DNA of 64,000 nt from an uncultured Actinomycetes bacterium (GTDB lineage Bacteria; Actinomycetota; UBA4738; HRBIN12). Where the stretch lies: the NCBI GenBank assembly GCA_963704725.1, contig OY969934.1, positions 1,728,001 through 1,792,000 of the forward strand, read 5' to 3'. The notes under the pieces are model-generated. The model worked only from the letters and a program-made list of their open reading frames with translations. It made no database searches and was not told the DNA's origin. Both the position numbers and the translations under genes were made by a program. Shown in pieces: positions 1 to 8,953 of this stretch. Each line of letters opens with the position of its first letter. The stretch's first letter is position 1.

Positions 1-988
1 CCTTCGCCACGACGTCGCGGCGGACCCCGGAGCCGTGGTCGGTGACCGAGACGACCACGCCCTCGGACATGTCCCGCGCCCTGAGCACCACGGGCTGGTC
101 CTCGGGCGAGTAGCGGCAGGCGTTGTCCAGGAGCTGCCGGACCACCTCGGCGAACCGAACGGGATCGGCGGGACCGTCCAGCCGGTCCGGGACCTCGCGG
201 CGGATCTCGATCCCCGGGTACTGGCGGCCGATCTCGTCCGCGACGTGCGACAGGATCGGCGCCAGGTCGACGACGGTGAGCTTGATGGTCAGCTGGCCGC
301 GATCCAGGTCGGCGATCGTCAGCATCTCGTCGATCAGCATCATGAGCTTCTCGAGCGAGCCCTCGAGCTGCCCCAGGAACTCGAACTGTTCCTCCTCCGG
401 CAGGCCGCGGTTCTTGAGGACGTAGGCGATGCCCTTGGCCACGGTGACCGGCGTGCGCAGCTCGTGCGAGATGTTGGCCAGGAAGTCGGCCTTGGCGGTG
501 GTGAGGGACTCCAGCCGCTCGGACACCTCGCCGAGGGCGATCTCCAGGTCGCGTCGCTGCGTGGACTCGGCCACGAGACGATCGGAGATGAGGGCGCTCA
601 CGCGGTGGCTGAGCGCCACGTTGCCGTCGACCACCGAGCGGATGGCCCGGAGCACCGACTCGGGACCGTCCTCCTTGAGGAGGTAGGCGACGGCGCCGGC
701 ATCGAGCATCTGGGCCGCGGTGACCGGCGAGGAGACGTTCGTCCAGCACATGACGGACGTCTCGGGCACGATGGCCAGGAGTCGGCGGACCAGATCCGTG
801 CCCGACAGGCCCTCGAGCCCGATCTCGGCCACCACGACGGCCGGCTGGGTGCGGGCGGCGACCTCGACGGCGCGGAAGCCGTCGGTGACGACCTCCATCT
901 CCAGGCCGGCGCCCGACTTCAGGAGCGTGTACTGGAGCTGCGCGAGGCCGTCGGCGGTGTCGCAGAGCAGCACCTTCGTGGGCATCAT
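1..988 (-). CDS. Hybrid sensor histidine kinase (N-terminal receiver-like domain + HisKA), runs off the window edge
   Basis: Manual translation of minus strand from ATG 988/985: MPTKVLLCDTADG...VVVAEIGLEG...AYLLKED...AKADFLANISHELRTPVT (H-box). Not in the ORF track because no stop lies in the window. Confidence 0.85.
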   Translation of the reverse strand, partial: MMPTKVLLCDTADGLAQLQYTLLKSGAGLEMEVVTDGFRAVEVAARTQPAVVVAEIGLEGLSGTDLVRRLLAIVPETSVMCWTNVSSPVTAAQMLDAGAVAYLLKEDGPESVLRAIRSVVDGNVALSHRVSALISDRLVAESTQRRDLEIALGEVSERLESLTTAKADFLANISHELRTPVTVAKGIAYVLKNRGLPEEEQFEFLGQLEGSLEKLMMLIDEMLTIADLDRGQLTIKLTVVDLAPILSHVADEIGRQYPGIEIRREVPDRLDGPADPVRFAEVVRQLLDNACRYSPEDQPVVLRARDMSEGVVVSVTDHGSGVRRDVVAK

Positions 989-1048
989 CGGTTGTATCGG
1001 CGCCCGGCCAACGGGGTTGAGCCGGCGCGGACCCCCCCGCGAGTGCGG

Positions 1049-1711
1049 CTACTCGACGAGGCCGCTGCGGATGGCGATCGCGACCGCCTGAGCACGGTCG
1101 TTCGCGCCGAGCTTCTCGAAGATGCGCTCGAGGTGCGTCTTCACGGTGTGCGGGGAGATGCCGAGGTCGTGGGCGACCTCCTTGGTCGTCGCGCCGTAGG
1201 CCACCTTCTGGAGGATCTCCTTCTCCCGCTTGGACAGGGGGGGCGCCTCGACCCGCTTCTCGGCGATCTGAACCTCTTCGATGAAGGCCCGGGTGAGCTG
1301 GGGATGGATGACCGCCTTGCCCTCCAGGGCGAGGCGGGCCGCGTTCACGAGCTCGTCGGCCGAGGCGTCCTTGAGGAGGTAGCCGGAGACGCCGGCCTGG
1401 ATCGCCTCGGAGATCGAGGCGCGGGACTCGTCGACCGTGAACAGGATCACCCGGGTGTCGGGCGAGCTCAGGCGGATCGCCTTGGTCGCCTCGATCCCGT
1501 TCATCCCGGGCATCCGGACGTCCATGAACACGATGTCGGGCGTGAGGTCGCCGGCCTTGCGAACGGCGTCCTCGCCGCTGTCGGCCTCGCCGATCACGAC
1601 CACGTCGTTGGCCAGGTCGAGCGCCGCGTGGAGCCCCTCGCGGGTGACCGGGTGGTCGTCCACGATGAGGATGCGGATGCGGTGGGTGTCGTCTCTCGTC
1701 GTCTCGCTCAT
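1049..1711 (-). CDS. NarL/LuxR-family response regulator
   Basis: ILIVDDH, VFMDVRMPG receiver; LSKREKEIL...ISPHTVKTHL LuxR HTH. Confidence 0.95.
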   Translation of the reverse strand: MSETTRDDTHRIRILIVDDHPVTREGLHAALDLANDVVVIGEADSGEDAVRKAGDLTPDIVFMDVRMPGMNGIEATKAIRLSSPDTRVILFTVDESRASISEAIQAGVSGYLLKDASADELVNAARLALEGKAVIHPQLTRAFIEEVQIAEKRVEAPPLSKREKEILQKVAYGATTKEVAHDLGISPHTVKTHLERIFEKLGANDRAQAVAIAIRSGLVE

Positions 1712-1751
1712 GGAATAGGTATCGGCCGCAAGGCCTTTAGGATAGAGGCTG

Positions 1752-1770
1752 TAGTTCCCCGAAGGAACTA
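1752..1770. promoter_or_regulatory. Perfect 7-5-7 inverted repeat between divergent genes
   Basis: TAGTTCC-CCGAA-GGAACTA. Confidence 0.4.
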
Positions 1771-1779
1771 ACCTTGCTC

Positions 1780-2169
1780 ATGGACGAAACCCGAACCGGT
1801 CCTGGCCCGATCCACGCCGGTCCCGTCCCCGAAGCGTCCGAGACCCCGTCGGCCACCTCGGGGGGGACCGTGACCGAGGAGCGGGTCCTCGACGCCCTCC
1901 GCCACGTGGTCGACCCGGAGCTCGGCATCAACATCGTCGACCTGGGGCTCGTGTACGAGGTGGACGTCAGCGCCGAGGGCGCCGTCCACGTGGAGTACAC
2001 CCTGACCACGATGGGCTGCCCCATCGGCCCCCTGATCGAGCAGCAGATGGAGTCGTTCCTGTCCGGCGTCCCCGGCGTGAGCGGAGTCGAGGCCGAGATG
2101 GTCCTGCGTCCGCCCTGGACCCCGGAGATGATGTCCGAGGAGGCCAAGGCCGCCCTCGGCTACTTCTGA
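1780..2169 (+). CDS. sufT: Metal-sulfur cluster assembly factor (DUF59/MIP18, SufT-like)
   Basis: VVDPELGINIVDLGLVY, TLTTMGCP, PPWTPEMMS motifs; start could be GTG 1870. Confidence 0.88.
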   Translation: MDETRTGPGPIHAGPVPEASETPSATSGGTVTEERVLDALRHVVDPELGINIVDLGLVYEVDVSAEGAVHVEYTLTTMGCPIGPLIEQQMESFLSGVPGVSGVEAEMVLRPPWTPEMMSEEAKAALGYF

Positions 2170-2223
2170 TCGGCCCGCCACCCGGTTGACAGGTACGGGC
2201 CGTGGGAGTTGACTTGCACCTGC

Positions 2224-2248
2224 AAATCCGAGTGGTGGAGTCGAATTC
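2224..2248. promoter_or_regulatory. Putative Rrf2/IscR-like operator, copy 1
   Basis: AAATCCGAG-TGGTGGA-GTCGAATTC; matches three other sites in front of Fe-S genes. Confidence 0.6.
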
Positions 2249-2249
2249 C

Positions 2250-2342
2250 GTGATCCGGACCCGGTGCCGAGGCCTGGTGGGGGCGATGATCCCCTCCCGC
2301 CTGTGCTGTCCGGCGCCGTGGTGCGCCCAGCAGGGCGCGTAG
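2250..2342 (+). CDS. Putative Cys-rich leader peptide (30 aa)
   Basis: GTG...TAG encodes MIRTRCRGLVGAMIPSRLCCPAPWCAQQGA (4 Cys); GGTGGAG upstream; precedes a terminator and a sulfurtransferase gene. Confidence 0.55.
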   Translation: MIRTRCRGLVGAMIPSRLCCPAPWCAQQGA

Positions 2343-2385
2343 GGTCGCCGAGCGGTTCACCCCACCATCCGCAGAGCCGGAGAGC

Positions 2386-2409
2386 AAGGGCCGCAGGCGC
2401 GGCCCTTTT
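2386..2409 (+). terminator. Intrinsic terminator/attenuator in the sulfurtransferase leader
   Basis: AAGGGCCGC-AGGC-GCGGCCCTT-TT hairpin ending in a T4 run. Confidence 0.6.
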
Positions 2410-2466
2410 CCATTGGACCCCCACGGCCGAGGCGGAAGCGCCGTCGGCCCCACCCGAGAGGAGGAG

Positions 2467-3315
2467 ATGGCGATGGCGGGCTACGCCAACCCCGACGCGC
2501 TCGTCGAGACCGACTGGCTCGAGGACCACCTCGAGGACGAGAACGTCCAGGTGATCGAGGTGGACGAGGACACGACGGCTTACGACAAGGGCCACATCCG
2601 CGGCGCGGTCGGCTGGAACTGGAGCACCGACCTGCACGCGGAGGTGGGCCGGGAGTACCTCGGCCAGCGGGAGCTCGCGGACCTGCTCTCGCGCGCCGGC
2701 GTCGGCGAGAGCACGACGGTGGTGCTCTACGGAGGGAACAACAACTGGTTCGCCGCCTACGCCTACTGGATCCTGAAGCTCCGCGGCTTCGACGCCGTCC
2801 GTCTGCTGAACGGCGGCCGGAAGAAGTGGGAGTTGGAGAGCCGGGAGCTGACGCAGGACGCCCCCTCGCCTACGCCGACCGGCATCGTCGTCTCCGGATC
2901 CGAGCGCGCCGGTATCCGGGCGCTGCGCGACGAGGTGTTGGCCAAGCTCGGCGGAGCGGCGTTCGTGGACGTCCGGTCTCCGGAGGAGTACCGGGGGGAG
3001 AAGCTCGCCCCCGATCACCTGCCGCAGGAGCAGTCGCAGGTGCCCGGCCACATCCCCGGCGCCGCGAACATCCCCTGGGTCAAGGCGGCGAACGAGGACG
3101 GCACGTTCAAGTCGGCGGACGAGCTCCGCGCGCTCTACGAGCCCGAGGGCGTGACCCCCGACACGGAGGTCATCGCGTACTGCCGGATCGGGGAGCGGAG
3201 CTCGCACACGTGGTTCGCGCTCACCGAGCTGCTCGGGTACGAGAACGTCAAGAACTACGACGGCTCGTGGACCGAGTACGGGTCGCTGGTCGGCGTCCCG
3301 GTCGAGAAGGGCTGA
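2467..3315 (+). CDS. Thiosulfate sulfurtransferase (tandem rhodanese, CysA/SseA-like)
   Basis: [23 protein letters not shown] active site, YDGSWTEY; GAGGAG RBS. Confidence 0.95.
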   Translation: MAMAGYANPDALVETDWLEDHLEDENVQVIEVDEDTTAYDKGHIRGAVGWNWSTDLHAEVGREYLGQRELADLLSRAGVGESTTVVLYGGNNNWFAAYAYWILKLRGFDAVRLLNGGRKKWELESRELTQDAPSPTPTGIVVSGSERAGIRALRDEVLAKLGGAAFVDVRSPEEYRGEKLAPDHLPQEQSQVPGHIPGAANIPWVKAANEDGTFKSADELRALYEPEGVTPDTEVIAYCRIGERSSHTWFALTELLGYENVKNYDGSWTEYGSLVGVPVEKG

Positions 3316-3384
3316 GCGCGCCAGGGCGCTCCTCGGGGGGCCCGTCCTCCGGGGTGCGGGGAAAGGATGCCCCCTCTCCCTCCG

Positions 3385-3417
3385 AAGGGGCGGGTGCCGT
3401 TCGGCACCCGCCCCTTT
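3385..3417 (+). terminator. Intrinsic terminator after sulfurtransferase
   Basis: Perfect 14-bp stem AAGGGGCGGGTGCC-GTTC-GGCACCCGCCCCTT. Confidence 0.75.
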
Positions 3418-3459
3418 CCCCTCGGCGCTGCCCCGCCCGGCGCCGTGCGCCTGTGCTCG

Positions 3460-3505
3460 AATTCCGACCCCTCGGATGGACTTACCTCGTCGCCGTGGGT
3501 ATCCT
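3460..3505 (+). promoter_or_regulatory. Operator copy 2 overlapping a candidate sufB promoter
   Basis: AATTCCGAC-CCCTCGG-ATGGACTTA (3460-3484) overlapping TGGACT-N17-TATCCT (3477-3505). Confidence 0.55.
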
Positions 3506-3545
3506 CGATGGGAGGAGTGAGGGCCGCTCCTCGGGAAGGACCACC

Positions 3546-4958
3546 GTGGCCGTCACCCAGGAAGAGCATCTCCGGGAGCTCAGCAAGGGCTACCGCTTCG
3601 GCTGGAAGGACCCGTCCCACTCGGTCTTCACGCCGAAGATGGGCCTGAGCGCCGCGGTGGTCGAGGAGATCTCGGCGCTGAAGGACGAACCCGACTGGAT
3701 GCGGAAGTACCGGCTGAAGGCGCTGAAGCACTTCGAGCAGCGCCCCATGCCGTGGTGGGGGGCCGACCTGTCGGGGATCGACTTCGACGATATCTACTAC
3801 TTCATCCGCTCGACCGAGAAGCAGGCGCAGAACTGGGACGAGCTGCCCGACGACATCCGCGGGACGTGGGACAAGCTGGGGATCCCGGAGGCGGAGAAGA
3901 AGTTCCTGGGCGGGGTCTCGGCGCAGTACGAGAGCGAGGTCGTCTACCACAAGATCAAGCAGGAGCTCGACGACATGGGCGTCCTGTTCGCAGACATGGA
4001 CACGGCGCTCCGCGACCACCCCGACATCGTCAAGGAATACTTCGGGACGATCATCCCGCCCAACGACAACAAGTTCGCCGCGCTGAACTCGGCGGTGTGG
4101 TCGGGGGGATCGTTCATCTACGTCCCGCCCGGCGTGCACGTCGACATCCCGCTGCAGGCGTACTTCCGGATCAACGCGGAGGCGATGGGGCAGTTCGAGC
4201 GGACGATGATCATCGCGGACGAGGGCAGCTACGTGCACTACGTCGAGGGCTGCTCGGCCCCGATCTACACGCGCGATTCGCTCCACTCGGCGGTCGTCGA
4301 GATCATCGTGAAGAAGGGCGCCCGCGTCCGCTACACGACCATCCAGAACTGGTCGAACAACGTCTACAACCTCGTTACCAAACGCGCGGCAGCGTACGAG
4401 GACTCCGTGATGGAGTGGATCGACGGCAACATCGGCTCGAAGGTGACGATGAAGTACCCGTCTATCTACCTGCTCGGCAAGGGCGCCCGGGGCGAGGTCC
4501 TCTCAGTGGCGTTCGCCGGTGAGGGGCAGCACACGGACGCCGGCGGCAAGGCGATCCACGCCGCGCCGTTCACCACCTCGATCATCAACAGCAAGTCGGT
4601 GAGCAAGGGCGGCGGGCGCACCGGGTACCGAGGGCTCGTCCGCATCGAGCCGGGTGCGCACCACGCGAAGTCAATGGTCCGCTGCGACGCGCTGATCCTC
4701 GACGAGATCTCGCGCTCGGACACCTACCCGTACGTCGAGGTCGAGGAGCAGACCGCGCAGCTCGGCCACGAGGCGTCGGTCGCCCGGATCGGCGAGGACC
4801 AGCTCTTCTACCTCATGAGCCGTGGGCTGTCCGAAGCCGAGGCATCGGCGATGATCGTGAACGGCTTCATCGAGCCGATCACCCGCGAGCTGCCCATGGA
4901 GTACGCCGTCGAGCTCAACCGCCTGATCGAGCTCCAGATGGAAGGCGCGATCGGCTAG
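3546..4958 (+). CDS. sufB: Fe-S cluster assembly protein SufB
   Basis: [51 protein letters not shown]; GTG 3546 after GGAAGG. Confidence 0.97.
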   Translation: MAVTQEEHLRELSKGYRFGWKDPSHSVFTPKMGLSAAVVEEISALKDEPDWMRKYRLKALKHFEQRPMPWWGADLSGIDFDDIYYFIRSTEKQAQNWDELPDDIRGTWDKLGIPEAEKKFLGGVSAQYESEVVYHKIKQELDDMGVLFADMDTALRDHPDIVKEYFGTIIPPNDNKFAALNSAVWSGGSFIYVPPGVHVDIPLQAYFRINAEAMGQFERTMIIADEGSYVHYVEGCSAPIYTRDSLHSAVVEIIVKKGARVRYTTIQNWSNNVYNLVTKRAAAYEDSVMEWIDGNIGSKVTMKYPSIYLLGKGARGEVLSVAFAGEGQHTDAGGKAIHAAPFTTSIINSKSVSKGGGRTGYRGLVRIEPGAHHAKSMVRCDALILDEISRSDTYPYVEVEEQTAQLGHEASVARIGEDQLFYLMSRGLSEAEASAMIVNGFIEPITRELPMEYAVELNRLIELQMEGAIG

Positions 4959-5235
4959 CGAGCGTCAGCGGCTCCAACACGGGCGAGCGGAGGATCGCCG
5001 TCCGGATGGCGTCCTCGTGGGACGGGCAGCAGGCGCTCCACGTCAGGTGATCGCCCGCACGGGAGGCGCGGATGTCGATGGGCCTCCTCCCGTGCGCCGG
5101 GCACCGCACGCGCCGGATCCTCGCCCGCGCGGCAGCGACACCATCTCTCAGGGCCTCGCGCTTGACGCACTCCAACCACTCGTCGGCAGACACGGGGCGG
5201 CCATGCGCGTCCCGGAACTCGATATCGAGCTTCAC
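4915..5235 (-). CDS. Hypothetical small protein with CxxH...CCxxH motifs
   Basis: AGGAGG RBS then GTG: [12 protein letters not shown]...RCPAHG...WSACCPSHE; stop lies inside the 3' end of sufB. Confidence 0.5.
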   Translation of the reverse strand: MKLDIEFRDAHGRPVSADEWLECVKREALRDGVAAARARIRRVRCPAHGRRPIDIRASRAGDHLTWSACCPSHEDAIRTAILRSPVLEPLTLASRSRLPSGARSGG

Positions 5236-5267
5236 CAGCACCTCCTGGCTTGATCGCGGGGGAGCGT

Positions 5268-6458
5268 TCACGGTGGACCTCGGTCCTCCAGCCGCGACCC
5301 ATCCGGCCGGAAGAACGCCGGGCGCCCGTCGACGAGCTCGAGACGGAACCCGCCGGGCCGATGGACCAGCCGGTGGTGACGGCGGCACAGCAGAATCAGG
5401 TTCTGGATCGCGGTCGGACCGCCGTCGGCCCAGTGGACCACATGATGAGAGTCGCACCACGTGTGAGGGCGTTCGCAGCCGGGGAACCGGCACCGGCGAT
5501 CTCGAACCACCACGGCGCGCCGCATCGACGGCGGCACCACGGGAGTCCTTCGTCCCACGTCCAGCGGCTCGGACCGTCCGGACAGCACCACACGGGTGAC
5601 CGACGCGTCGCAGGCAAGTCGCCGAGCGGTCTCGACCGAGACGGGTCCGACGTCGTCGAGCTCGCTCGGGCCGGCCGCGGCGCCTGTCAGGGCGTCGGCC
5701 GGGAGCGTCACGGTGACGTGTGGTCGCTCGCCCGCCACGCGGGGACGGTCGGCCAGGTCAAGCCACTGCCGGCAGATCTCGACCAGGGCGTCCGCGCGGC
5801 GCTGGGCGGGCGTCCGCTCGTCCTCGGGCCCTCGCGATCGTGACTCGGCGTCGAGCACGGCTCGAAGCGCCGTGAGCAGGGTCTCACCGCCCTCGGGGTC
5901 GAGATCGAAGTCGCCCCGGACCATCCCGAGGAACGTCGGCGAGGCATGAAGTCGCCGTCGCGCGTGAAGCGCTTCGTCCCCGTCCCTCGCCTGCTCCCGC
6001 TCGACGATCTGGCGCCAATGCGCGGCGACCCGCTGCAGGGCCCCCGTCGAGTGGATCCGGGCGGCTTCCACGAGCTGGGCCTCCGAACGCGCGAACGCCT
6101 CTCGGTCGAGGTCGTGCGCCGTGGTGAGCACGCGCGCCGCGGAGAGCGACAGCTCGCCGTCCTCGAGCGCCCGCCGGGTCACCGGCATGTCTTCGAGCGC
6201 CCGAGCGACGCGCACCGACTCGCGGGCCGTCCCCCAGGCGACGTTGAACCTCGCGTTGAGCCAGGAGGCCGAGGACAGGTTCCCGTCGCGCTCGAACAGC
6301 CGACGCCGCTCGATGTCCGCCAGCCGCCGGAGCCGTTCGACCTCGAGCAGCTCCATCGCCCGGTGCAGCTCGGCGAAGTCCTCCTCGATGACCGCGTCCG
6401 GCAGCTCGGCAAGGAGCTCGGACTGCAACGCATCGATGGCCGAGCGAAGCTCGCTCAA
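5268..6458 (-). CDS. DUF222 + HNH endonuclease (13E12-repeat/Rv1128c-like)
   Basis: QRRADAL, ARRLACDA, RDRRCRFPGC...CDSHHVVHWADGGPT...LLCRRHH, ends DRGPP. Confidence 0.92.
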   Translation of the reverse strand: MSELRSAIDALQSELLAELPDAVIEEDFAELHRAMELLEVERLRRLADIERRRLFERDGNLSSASWLNARFNVAWGTARESVRVARALEDMPVTRRALEDGELSLSAARVLTTAHDLDREAFARSEAQLVEAARIHSTGALQRVAAHWRQIVEREQARDGDEALHARRRLHASPTFLGMVRGDFDLDPEGGETLLTALRAVLDAESRSRGPEDERTPAQRRADALVEICRQWLDLADRPRVAGERPHVTVTLPADALTGAAAGPSELDDVGPVSVETARRLACDASVTRVVLSGRSEPLDVGRRTPVVPPSMRRAVVVRDRRCRFPGCERPHTWCDSHHVVHWADGGPTAIQNLILLCRRHHRLVHRPGGFRLELVDGRPAFFRPDGSRLEDRGPP

Positions 6459-6474
6459 CGACTGTCCCCCCTCC

Positions 6475-6488
6475 CGAACGTACGTTCG
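6475..6488. promoter_or_regulatory. LexA (SOS) box, Gram-positive type
   Basis: CGAAC-GTAC-GTTCG, 16 bp upstream of the DUF222-HNH start. Confidence 0.8.
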
Positions 6489-6498
6489 AGATCGTAGC

Positions 6499-6888
6499 TC
6501 ATGGCAGTGACATCGAACGCGCGACGTCGGCCACGGTCATCGGCTGGGGGAGGTCGGCCGCGAGGATCGCCCCGTCGAGGCCGAGCCGGCCGACCGCCAG
6601 CAACCACGGCGTGACCGAGGGGTCGATCACGCCGGCGACGACGAGCAGCGCCATCGCGATGGCGAGGTCGAGCTCGCACGTCGGCCCACCGGAGATGGGC
6701 GGCTCGAGGTGAACGAAGGCGAGCGGCACCTCGTCGAGCAGCCCATCGTTGACGAGGGCGGCTCGCACGCGATCGGCCGTGGTGCGGCCGTATCCGGGCG
6801 GCAAGCCCATGATCTGAAAGCGATCCCCTGGCCTGGCCACCAGCTCGACGAGCCGGTCGTCGACCACACCCCACACGCGAACGCCCAC
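6499..6888 (-). CDS. Stand-alone ComM/YifB (Mg-chelatase-like) N-terminal domain protein or remnant
   Basis: FQIMGLP...DRVRAALVN...ELDLAIAMALL...GRLGLDG resembles the ComM N-terminus; no AAA+ domain. Confidence 0.65.
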   Translation of the reverse strand: MGVRVWGVVDDRLVELVARPGDRFQIMGLPPGYGRTTADRVRAALVNDGLLDEVPLAFVHLEPPISGGPTCELDLAIAMALLVVAGVIDPSVTPWLLAVGRLGLDGAILAADLPQPMTVADVARSMSLP

Positions 6889-7006
6889 GCACGACCTCGA
6901 AGGAGCGGACGGCCGAGGGAGAAGGCGACCCTATCGCCGGGTACCGACAGCCACGGCGGTCGGGGGTCGTCCGTATAGTGGCCGCATCACGGGCAAGGGG
7001 CAGAGC

Positions 7007-8953
7007 GTGGACAACTTCCAGGAGAAAGTCGCCTTCATCTGGTCGGTGGCCGACCTGCTCCGCGGCGACTACAAGCAGTCCGAGTACGGCAAGGTCATCC
7101 TGCCGCTGACCGTGCTCCGCCGTCTCGATTCCGTGCTGGAGCCGACCAAGTCGAAGGTCCTGAAGCGGCACAAGGAGCTCCAGGGCCGCCTCGAGAACGT
7201 CGAGCCGGTGCTCACGCAGATCACCGGGCACGGCTTCTACAACACGTCGCCCTTCACGTTCCGGACGCTCCTCGACGACCCGGACCACGTCGGCGAGAAC
7301 CTGCGCCGCTACATCCTCGGGTTCGACCAGGGGACGCAGGACGTGATCGCCAAGTTCGAGCTCGAGGGCCAGATCCGGCGCCTCGAGCGCTCGAACCTCC
7401 TGTACATGGTCGTCTCGAAGTTCTGCGACATGGACCTGCACCCGGACCGGGTCTCGAACATCGAGATGGGCTACGTGTACGAGGAGCTCGTCCGCAAGTT
7501 CTCGGAGCTGTCGAACGAGACCGCCGGAGAGCACTTCACCCCGCGCGAGGTCATCCGCCTGATGGTGAACATCCTGTTCGCCGGCGACCGGGACCTGCTG
7601 GCGAAGAAGGGCGCGATCGCCACGCTGTACGACCCGGCCTGCGGGACCGGTGGCATGCTGAGCGTGGCCGAGGACCACCTCCGGGCCCTGAACCCGGACG
7701 CCAAACTCCGCGTGTTCGGGCAGGAGCTGAACGCCGAGACGTACGCGGTCTGCCGCTCGGACATGATGCTGAAGGGCCAGGACGCGTCGAACATCTACTT
7801 CGGCAACTCGTTCACCGAGGACGGGTTGCCTGACTCCACGTTCGACTACCTACTGGCGAATCCGCCGTTCGGCGTCGAGTGGAAGAAGGTCCAGGATCGG
7901 GTCCGCCAGGAGCACGACCGTGACGGCTACCAGGGGCGCTTCGGCGCCGGTTTGCCGAGGATCAACGACGGCTCGCTGCTGTTCCTGCAGCACATGATCT
8001 CGAAGATGAAGCCGCCCGAGAAGGGCGGCAGCCGCCTCGCCATCGTCTTCAACGCGTCGCCGCTGTTCACCGGCGCCGCCGGCTCGGGCGAGTCCGAGAT
8101 CCGCCGCTGGATCATCGAGAACGACTCGCTCGAGGCGATCGTCGGCCTGCCGGACCAGCTCTTCTACAACACCGGGATCTCGACGTACTTCTGGGTCCTC
8201 ACGAACCGGAAGACCCCCGAGCGCCGGGGGAAGGTCCAGCTCGTCGACGCCCGCGAGCTGTGGACCAAGATGCGCAAGAGCCTCGGCGAGAAGCGCAAGG
8301 AGATCTCGAGCGAGCAGATCGAGGAGATCACGCGCCTGTGCGCGGAGGTCCAGGAGGGCGATCGCTGCAAGATCCTGCGGAACGAGGACTTCGGCTACCG
8401 CCGGATCACCGTCGAGCGACCACTCCGCGTGCGGTGGGAAGTGACCGAAGAGACGGCCGCGACGCTCGGCGCCTCGAAGGCGCTCACGAAGCTCGACGAC
8501 GATGCTCGTGAGCGGCTGCTCGAAGCCGTCGATGGGCTGAAGGGAACGTCGACGACGGATCGGGACGTATTCGCGGAGAAGGTCGCTGGAGTGCTCGACG
8601 CCATGGGGAAGTTCGGCAAGCCAATGGAGAGGGCTATCATCGAGGCGGCGACGGTCCGGGACCCCGAGGCCCCGCTCGTGACCGACAAGAAGGGGAATCC
8701 GGAGCCCGATCCTGAGCTGCGCGACTTCGAGAACGTGCCGCTCACCGAGGACGTCGGTGAGTACATGGAGCGCGAGGTCCTCCCCTTCGTCGACGCATGG
8801 GTCGACGAGTCGAAGACGAAGGTCGGGTACGAGATCCCGTTCACCCGGCACTTCTACGTGTACGTGCCTCCCCGGCCTCTCGAAGAGATCGACTCCGATA
8901 TCAAGGCGCTCGAGCAGGAGATCCTCCAGCTCCTCCGCGAGGTAGCTGAGTGA
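7007..8953 (+). CDS. hsdM: Type I R-M methyltransferase subunit M
   Basis: FIWSVADLLRGDY, GEHFTPREVI, YDPACGTGGML (SAM binding), LANPPF (N6-adenine MTase), GYEIPFTRHFY. Confidence 0.97.
   Translation: MDNFQEKVAFIWSVADLLRGDYKQSEYGKVILPLTVLRRLDSVLEPTKSKVLKRHKELQGRLENVEPVLTQITGHGFYNTSPFTFRTLLDDPDHVGENLRRYILGFDQGTQDVIAKFELEGQIRRLERSNLLYMVVSKFCDMDLHPDRVSNIEMGYVYEELVRKFSELSNETAGEHFTPREVIRLMVNILFAGDRDLLAKKGAIATLYDPACGTGGMLSVAEDHLRALNPDAKLRVFGQELNAETYAVCRSDMMLKGQDASNIYFGNSFTEDGLPDSTFDYLLANPPFGVEWKKVQDRVRQEHDRDGYQGRFGAGLPRINDGSLLFLQHMISKMKPPEKGGSRLAIVFNASPLFTGAAGSGESEIRRWIIENDSLEAIVGLPDQLFYNTGISTYFWVLTNRKTPERRGKVQLVDARELWTKMRKSLGEKRKEISSEQIEEITRLCAEVQEGDRCKILRNEDFGYRRITVERPLRVRWEVTEETAATLGASKALTKLDDDARERLLEAVDGLKGTSTTDRDVFAEKVAGVLDAMGKFGKPMERAIIEAATVRDPEAPLVTDKKGNPEPDPELRDFENVPLTEDVGEYMEREVLPFVDAWVDESKTKVGYEIPFTRHFYVYVPPRPLEEIDSDIKALEQEILQLLREVAE

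Noticed and set aside
35-1771. 578-aa plus-strand ORF and similar long ORFs (13119-15944, 42007-44799, 51669-55178, 30416-32806 and others)
   Set aside because: Antisense or alternate-frame shadows of well-supported genes, expected in very high-GC DNA; no recognisable motifs
2250-2410. Possible SAM or other riboswitch in the sulfurtransferase leader
   Set aside because: No conserved aptamer core recognised by eye; a leader-peptide model fits better. An Rfam scan would settle it
2826-3545. N-terminal extensions of SufB, DUF2207, GNAT, HddA, KorB, Fhs and others in the ORF track
   Set aside because: Arg/Pro/Gly-rich read-through into neighbouring genes; internal starts with an RBS or stop/start overlap fit better, so these are not fusions
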